The notes below the pieces were generated by a model. The model saw nothing but the letters and a program-made list of their open reading frames with translations, had not been told where the DNA came from and did not search any database. Of a stretch of DNA of 64,000 bases, positions 58,409 to 64,000 are shown piece by piece. The position numbers were made by a program, and so were the translations under genes. Location: NCBI GenBank assembly GCA_963693365.1, contig CAVNZM010000002.1, positions 4,418,259 through 4,482,258 of the forward strand, read 5' to 3'. Source of the stretch: Amoebidium appalachense (taxonomy: Eukaryota > Protista > Ichthyosporea). The stretch's first letter is position 1, and every line of letters begins with the position of its first letter.

Positions 58409-59084
58409 GGGGGATCAGCACTGAGTTGGGGTGGTGGTGTAGAAGAGAAGTAACGCACCAGGAAGGGGAAGTTAGCCAGCACGTTCTTGTACTCGTGCTC
58501 CTCCAGCATGTTGTCGTTGTTGAGGTCATATGTGGCAAAGATGATTGCCACCAGCCTCTCCACCTCCCGCGCGAGTGTCTGCACACCAAATCAGCCCCCC
58601 CCCCCCCCCCCCCCCTCCCCCCCCCCTCCCCCCGGGGCCACCTACGGCTGCCTCCGATCCACTGCGTTGCAAAGACAACTGCTGCACCTCATAGAATACA
58701 TTGCCTGTTGCCCGTGTCAGCATTCCAGGCCCACAGCCAGAGCCCCCCCCCCCCCCCCCCCCCAAAAAAGGCCTCCTCTGATCATGACACACACCTGTGG
58801 TCTGCACGGGGGTGCTGTCTCTCCTCTGGCCCTCGCATGCCAGTGACCTTTGGTGCAGCTCGTCCCAGCTCAGACTGGCCTCCAGCACGACCCGCAGCAA
58901 TGTGCACAGTTGGCGGTCACGGTCAAACCAGGGGCCCACCCGCTGGCTGTGCACAAAGCAGCCAAGTAGCTGCCACACGGCATGGGGGGTGGCCTCATCA
59001 TCCCCTAATACACACAGCCAGCAATCAGCCCATAGTCTGCAACGAAACACATACAGCCTGCAGCACACAAGTCCTCTTCACCAT

Positions 59085-59163
<79 letters not shown>

Positions 59164-59218
59164 TGTGAGGGGGTGCACGCGCGCGCGCGCGCACACACAC
59201 ACACACACACACAGCAAC

Positions 59219-59270
<52 letters not shown>

Positions 59271-60692
59271 CCAAAATCCCCCAACCTCTACACAGCCAGC
59301 CACCACTCCTCTCCCCCCATCTCCCTGCCCCAACACTCAGCCCTCCCCCTCCCCACACACACCTGCAGTGGCCAGGGCAGAAGCCACATCCTTCAGTAGC
59401 AGTGCCATGTACGGCACAAAGAATGCATGCCCGGGCAGCTGCACACCCAGTCAGAAATTAGCCCAGCACATTATCCCACCCAGCATATCCCACCCAGCAA
59501 TATCCCCAGCAAGCATATCCCCACCAGCCATCAAATTCCTACCAACGTAACCCCAGTAGGCATATCCCCAGCCAGCATACGCCCGTTAGCTTATCCTCTA
59601 CCAGCATATCCCAGCCAGTATATCCCCACCCAGTTAGCATATCCCAGCCAGTATATCCCCCCCAGCCAGCATATCCCCAGCTAGTATACCCCAATCAGTA
59701 TATCCAACCCAGCCATCATATCCCTATCCAGCATATCACGCAGCATATCCCCCTCCCCCCTCCTCCCCCTCCACACACCTACCCACCCACCTGCTTAACG
59801 GCATGCCTATACTCTGCATAGTTATTAGCAGGGTTGCATGCGGTCTCCAGCACGTGCATGGTGCGCTCGACCTCCGGCCCAGCCATGCTCCATGTGTCCC
59901 TCAGCCTCCTGACCGGGCCGGCAGCCAGGGCACTAGTGACGGCAAACAGGCCGTCGTAGTTGCCCAGGGCCAGCAGGGCCTCTCCCAGCAGCACAAAGCG
60001 GCCCAGCACGGCTGCACGCTCCAGGGGGGTGGGCCTGGCCAGCACCATGGCCCCCACCCACAAGCCCAGGTTGCTGTGGGTCCGTAGCACGTGCAGGATG
60101 CGTGCTGATTGGTCGGCACGGTCACTGTGCAGCCAGCCCTGTATCCTAGTCATTGCCCTGCTCATGGCCGCAGACTGCAGACTTACTCCAGCCATCCCAT
60201 ATTGCTTTTTACGAACATCAGCCTCTTCCCCCCCCCCCCCCCCCCCCCCCCGTTTTTGAGACGCACAACTTTTGCAGCTGACATAATCAATGCCCCATTA
60301 TAGTGTATATCGGGCATACCCAATCGTCTATCCACCCCTTTTCGGAGTGCCATTTGGTATATCCAACAACCTAAAAGAATAACCCGCCACAGTGTGCTAT
60401 TGGACATATCCAACTGTCCACAGGTATATCTCACCATAATGTGTCACTGGATATGCCCAACTATCGAAAGCCAAGCATATCTCATTACAATGTGCTATGG
60501 GAAACATCCAGCTATTCACAGATTTATCCCACCACTATGTCTTATTGAATAAATCAAGGCAAATTCCACCCATTTGGCTCACACATGCCACCCACCTGTG
60601 CCCTGAACTCTTCCAGGCCTATTGCCGCCATGTTCTCATGCATCAGCACCGTCAGCTGCTCCGCAAGCACCTGTCCAGCCCAATATCAGCAC

Positions 60693-60729
<37 letters not shown>

Positions 60730-62088
60730 CCCCCCCCCCCCCCCACCCCCCCGGGGGGTCTCTCGGCCCTAGCCCACCTTGACGGGCAGTTCCATGACGT
60801 CATAGGTGCTGCCCCCCACCCGCCAACGCTCCACGTCCCCATAGATCAGTGCCAGCACCTGCCACCCCGTCAGTGCCCCATGCTCCTCCCTCCCCCCCCC
60901 CTCCCCCATGAGATCAACCGGGCAGGTTTTGAGGCCGTCCAGGTACTCTGCCCAGGCCTGCAGCAGGCCGGGTCTCTGCCAGTCAGCCGGGCGCAGCAGC
61001 AGCCAGTAGCGCAGCATGCAGCACACGGCACGCCCATGCCCTGCACAGAGCCATACACATGAGCCCCTCCCCCCCCCCCTCCCCCCACCCCAAACACCAC
61101 CACAACAGTCCCCCCCCCCCCCCCCCCCCCCCTCTGCCTCCCGCATGGATTGCTCCTAACCAGTATCCGGATCCAGACAGCCAAAAGGCTTGTCGGCTGC
61201 CTCAAAGGGCAAATATAGCCGCCCCTTATCACCTATCTACTCCCCCCACCTTACTTAAGCTGTCGCAAGCACTTTTTACTCCGGAAATCTTAGCGAGCCC
61301 CACACTCCATGGCAAGAGTTGCCTGCAAAACCAGTCTGCTCTCACTTCCACCACCCATTTTCCCCGCCATCTAAAGCCCGCCAGTATACAAAACTTGATG
61401 ATGTAAGGTCACAGGGTCCACATACACGCTGTGGAAATTCGAAACCCCTATGCCGGATCTCAATGATCACCTGCTTAGCCACAACCCCTTCTTAAAGCCT
61501 CTTGGTACTCCTAACCCCCATCCTGCACAACAAGCAGCCCACAAAAAAACTTGCACACACACGGACTGGCCACAGAGATGTCGACGTGCTGGGGCAAAAA
61601 TCACAACGAAGCACTCATACACCTTGAGTATGCACTTATATGAACGTAGCCACACGTGCACCTCATGCACGCATACACCTGATCTAATACATTCACGCAC
61701 AGGCACCCGTGAACGGACACATGCACACGAACTGTGATCCAAAGAACACCAACAGAGAGTTTCCGTGTCAGCTACAGTCGCAAGCAATGTGCTACGACAG
61801 AGCAGGTGAATCCCGAGTACGTGCTCTCAGCATGCACAGACACGAAGTTGCACGCACACACCCACACACACACTCAGCAATGCCCCCCCACGCACCCTCC
61901 GGGTCGCCGCCATCATCCGAGTTCAACAACTTTTCCAGCAGTTGCTCTGGGCTGCAGTACCACGTGTAGACGCCCAGCAGCTCGGCCACGCTGCCTCTGT
62001 ACTGGCTGACCAGTGTGCGCCCCTGCGCCTCGGCCTGGAACCGCGCCAAGGTGTCGGCCAGCCAGCCGTCCATAGTCCCAGCTAGCAT
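56537..62088 (-). CDS. RasGRP-like Ras guanine-nucleotide exchange factor: REM + CDC25 + 2 EF-hands + C-terminal PX domain
   Basis: REM-like LLGVYTWYCSPEQLLEKLL and VCCMLRYWLLLRPADW; CDC25 HSNLGLWVGAMVL..ERAAVLGRFV..LGNYDGLFAVTSAL..VRRLRDTW..NNYAEYR, FFVPYMALLLKD; EF-hands IFATYDLNNDNMLEEHEY and FCAIDQDGDGSISREEL; PX-like YYTLHF..HTVITRYSAVLRFHKEM..FPPKHYFPW..IQRREFFAEYFADI..P..YGFL. Confidence 0.85.
57493..57968. mobile_element. Possible MITE in a RasGEF intron
   Basis: AT-rich, microsatellite-free insert with weak TIRs GGTTCAAATCTG / CCAATCTCAACC and GT on both flanks. Confidence 0.35.
59460..59750. repeat. Degenerate CCCAGCATATCCC minisatellite (intronic)
   Basis: Many short near-copies in tandem. 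Confidence 0.75.
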
Positions 62089-63078
62089 CACGCAGGCATT
62101 ATGACCTTGCAGTCTCTTTTAAATCTGAAGCAGAACGTGTATTAATTGCGTAGTGGTGCAATAGAATCTTGGCTGCTCGCTCTACTGCGCATACGGCTTA
62201 CTTATGGATCTCTAAACTGCACGCTTACTTTTTTTTCACGTCCTATACTGTAAACAACTTCACCAAATGTGTACAGTGCAGGTTCAGGTCTTTCTTTTTT
62301 TTGACGCAGTTGCACTGTGTGGCTCATCACACTCACAACAATAGTTCCCCATAGATCAGTTCCTTGAAGAAATTGAAAAATAAGAAAATACAGCTATTGC
62401 AAAACAGCAGAAAAGGTCCTAAAAATTAATTAGAGCATTAAAAAAGTATAAAATGAAAACAAAACGTGATGTACTGTCTGGGACCGCTATTTACGGGCCC
62501 ATTGCACCGCAAATTATGAAAGCAAAAGAAATCATTCTTAGGAATTTCATGAAAGTGACCCCCGATACCTCCGACGGAGTGAGCCTCTTGCACCAGGGTG
62601 CAAAATTGCTGTGTTGTTTGAGGCCTGTTGGGTAGAAAGTTACCTTCACCTTGGTCGCCTAATGCAGGCGCCAGCCTGTTGAACGTCCTAAGGGGTTGTT
62701 TTCTTAGCACAACTCCGCATGTCAGGACCACTGGTTTAAGTTAGTAACCCTATTTTTTCGGGTTAGGGTCTTTTTTTTTTTTTTTTTTACACCTGCAATA
62801 TCGTGAGCGTCGTACAAGAGGGCATTGTTTCACAACCTGCCTGTATTGTAGGCATTGCATGCATGCACACGCACAGAACCCACAGACTCTGGCAGACGTG
62901 TTAGACACATTTCAACACAGCCCAAACGGAGGCGAAAGGTAGACAGACACATAGCAGCCACACAGCCAGGCAACACGAGACCTAGCCAGCACCTTGCCCG
63001 CCAGGAACCGGGGTAGACGGTCATCTCAACCCCGTGCGTAGCCCCGGCTGCTTGCTGGCCTGGGGGCCTCCTGGCGCT

Positions 63079-63916
63079 ATGGCCACCCTGGCCAGCCTGT
63101 CGGGTGCGTGCCCCTGGGCGTGCCCGTGTGCATGCCCCTGTCTGTAGCCCTGCGCGTGCCCCTGCGTGTTTTCCTATGCGTGCCCTTGTGCATGCCCCTG
63201 CGCGTGCCCTTCTGCGTGCTCCCGTGTGTGTCCTTGTGAGTCCCTCTGTGGGTCCTTGTGCGTGCCCCAGTAGGTCTTGCGCGTTTCCGTGTGTGTGCTC
63301 GTGTGTGTTCCCCTGTGTGTGCCCTTTGTGGGCTCCTTTGCGTGCCCGTGCGTGCCTCTGCGTATACCCGTGTGAGTGCCCCTGCGTGTACCCGTGCGCG
63401 TGCCCCTGTGTGTGTACCGCTGGGTTCCCCTTGTGCGTGCCCGTGTGTGTGCCCCAGTGTGTGTTTCCCTGTGCATGCCCCTGTGCGTGCTCTTATCCGT
63501 GCTCGTGTATGTGCTCCTGTGAGCTCCCCCGTGTACCCTTTGTGTGCTCCTGTCCGTGCCCTTATGCATGACCGTGTGCATGCCTCTGTGTGTGCCCATG
63601 TGCACCCCTATGCGTACCTCTGTGCGTGGTCCCGTGTATGACCTTGTGTGTGCCTGCCTGCGTGCCTGTGTGTGTTCACCTGTGTGTACCCTTGTGCGTG
63701 CCCCTGCGTGTGCGTCTGTTTATGCTCTTTTTTGTGCTCCCGTCTGTGCCCTTTTTGTGCCCCTGTGCTCTGTGTCCCCCTGTGTGTACGCCTGAGTGCG
63801 TGCCTGTGTGGTTCTGACTGTCGTGCAGTGCCCAGCAACCTGGAGGAGCTGGAGGGTCTGATTGCCGACGGCTACGACCCCTTTGCCCTGCTGGCCGACC
63901 CGCTACCCCACCCCAC
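63079..63916 (+). CDS. 5' part of an unidentified gene (continues beyond the window)
   Basis: MATLASLS-G|GTGCGT..intron of GTGCCCCTGCGT-like repeats..CAG|TG PSNLEELEGLIADGYDPFALLADPLPHP|GTAAGT. Confidence 0.45.
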
Positions 63917-64000
63917 GTAAGTGCCTGCCCCCTGCCTGCCTGGGGTGTGCACGTGCTTGCTGGTTGGGGTGTGCACGTGCTTACAGGCGGACACACAGGT

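Overview
Intron-rich eukaryotic genomic DNA. Most long ORFs in the supplied track are artefacts of (CA)n, (GA)n and poly-G/poly-C intron tracts. The gene content (RasGEF, MCFD2, Phactr-type C-terminus, MED24) suggests a unicellular holozoan/opisthokont; this is an inference. I reconstructed genes by hand by joining GT-AG exons: a C2+VASt lipid-transfer protein (-), RAD1 (-), an intronless C2H2 zinc finger (-), a plant-NADKc-like zeta-toxin-fold kinase with an inserted thioredoxin domain (+), UROD/hemE (-), MED24 (+), an IQ + Phactr-type PP1-binding protein (+), a mitochondrial PPR protein (-), MCFD2 (+), a RasGRP-like RasGEF-EF-EF protein ending in a PX domain (-), and a partial gene at the right edge. 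Mobile DNA includes two copies of a 2-kb non-autonomous hAT element with 8-bp TSDs, a Harbinger-like deletion derivative carrying a 197-bp near-perfect palindrome, several MITE/foldback elements, and six diverged copies of a 5'-truncated structured element always embedded in poly-C tracts. The most notable candidates for novelty are the thioredoxin-NADKc fusion, the RasGEF-EF-PX architecture, the poly-C-associated retroposon-like RNA family and the IQ-Phactr protein. Family assignments come from motif recognition by eye, not database searches.
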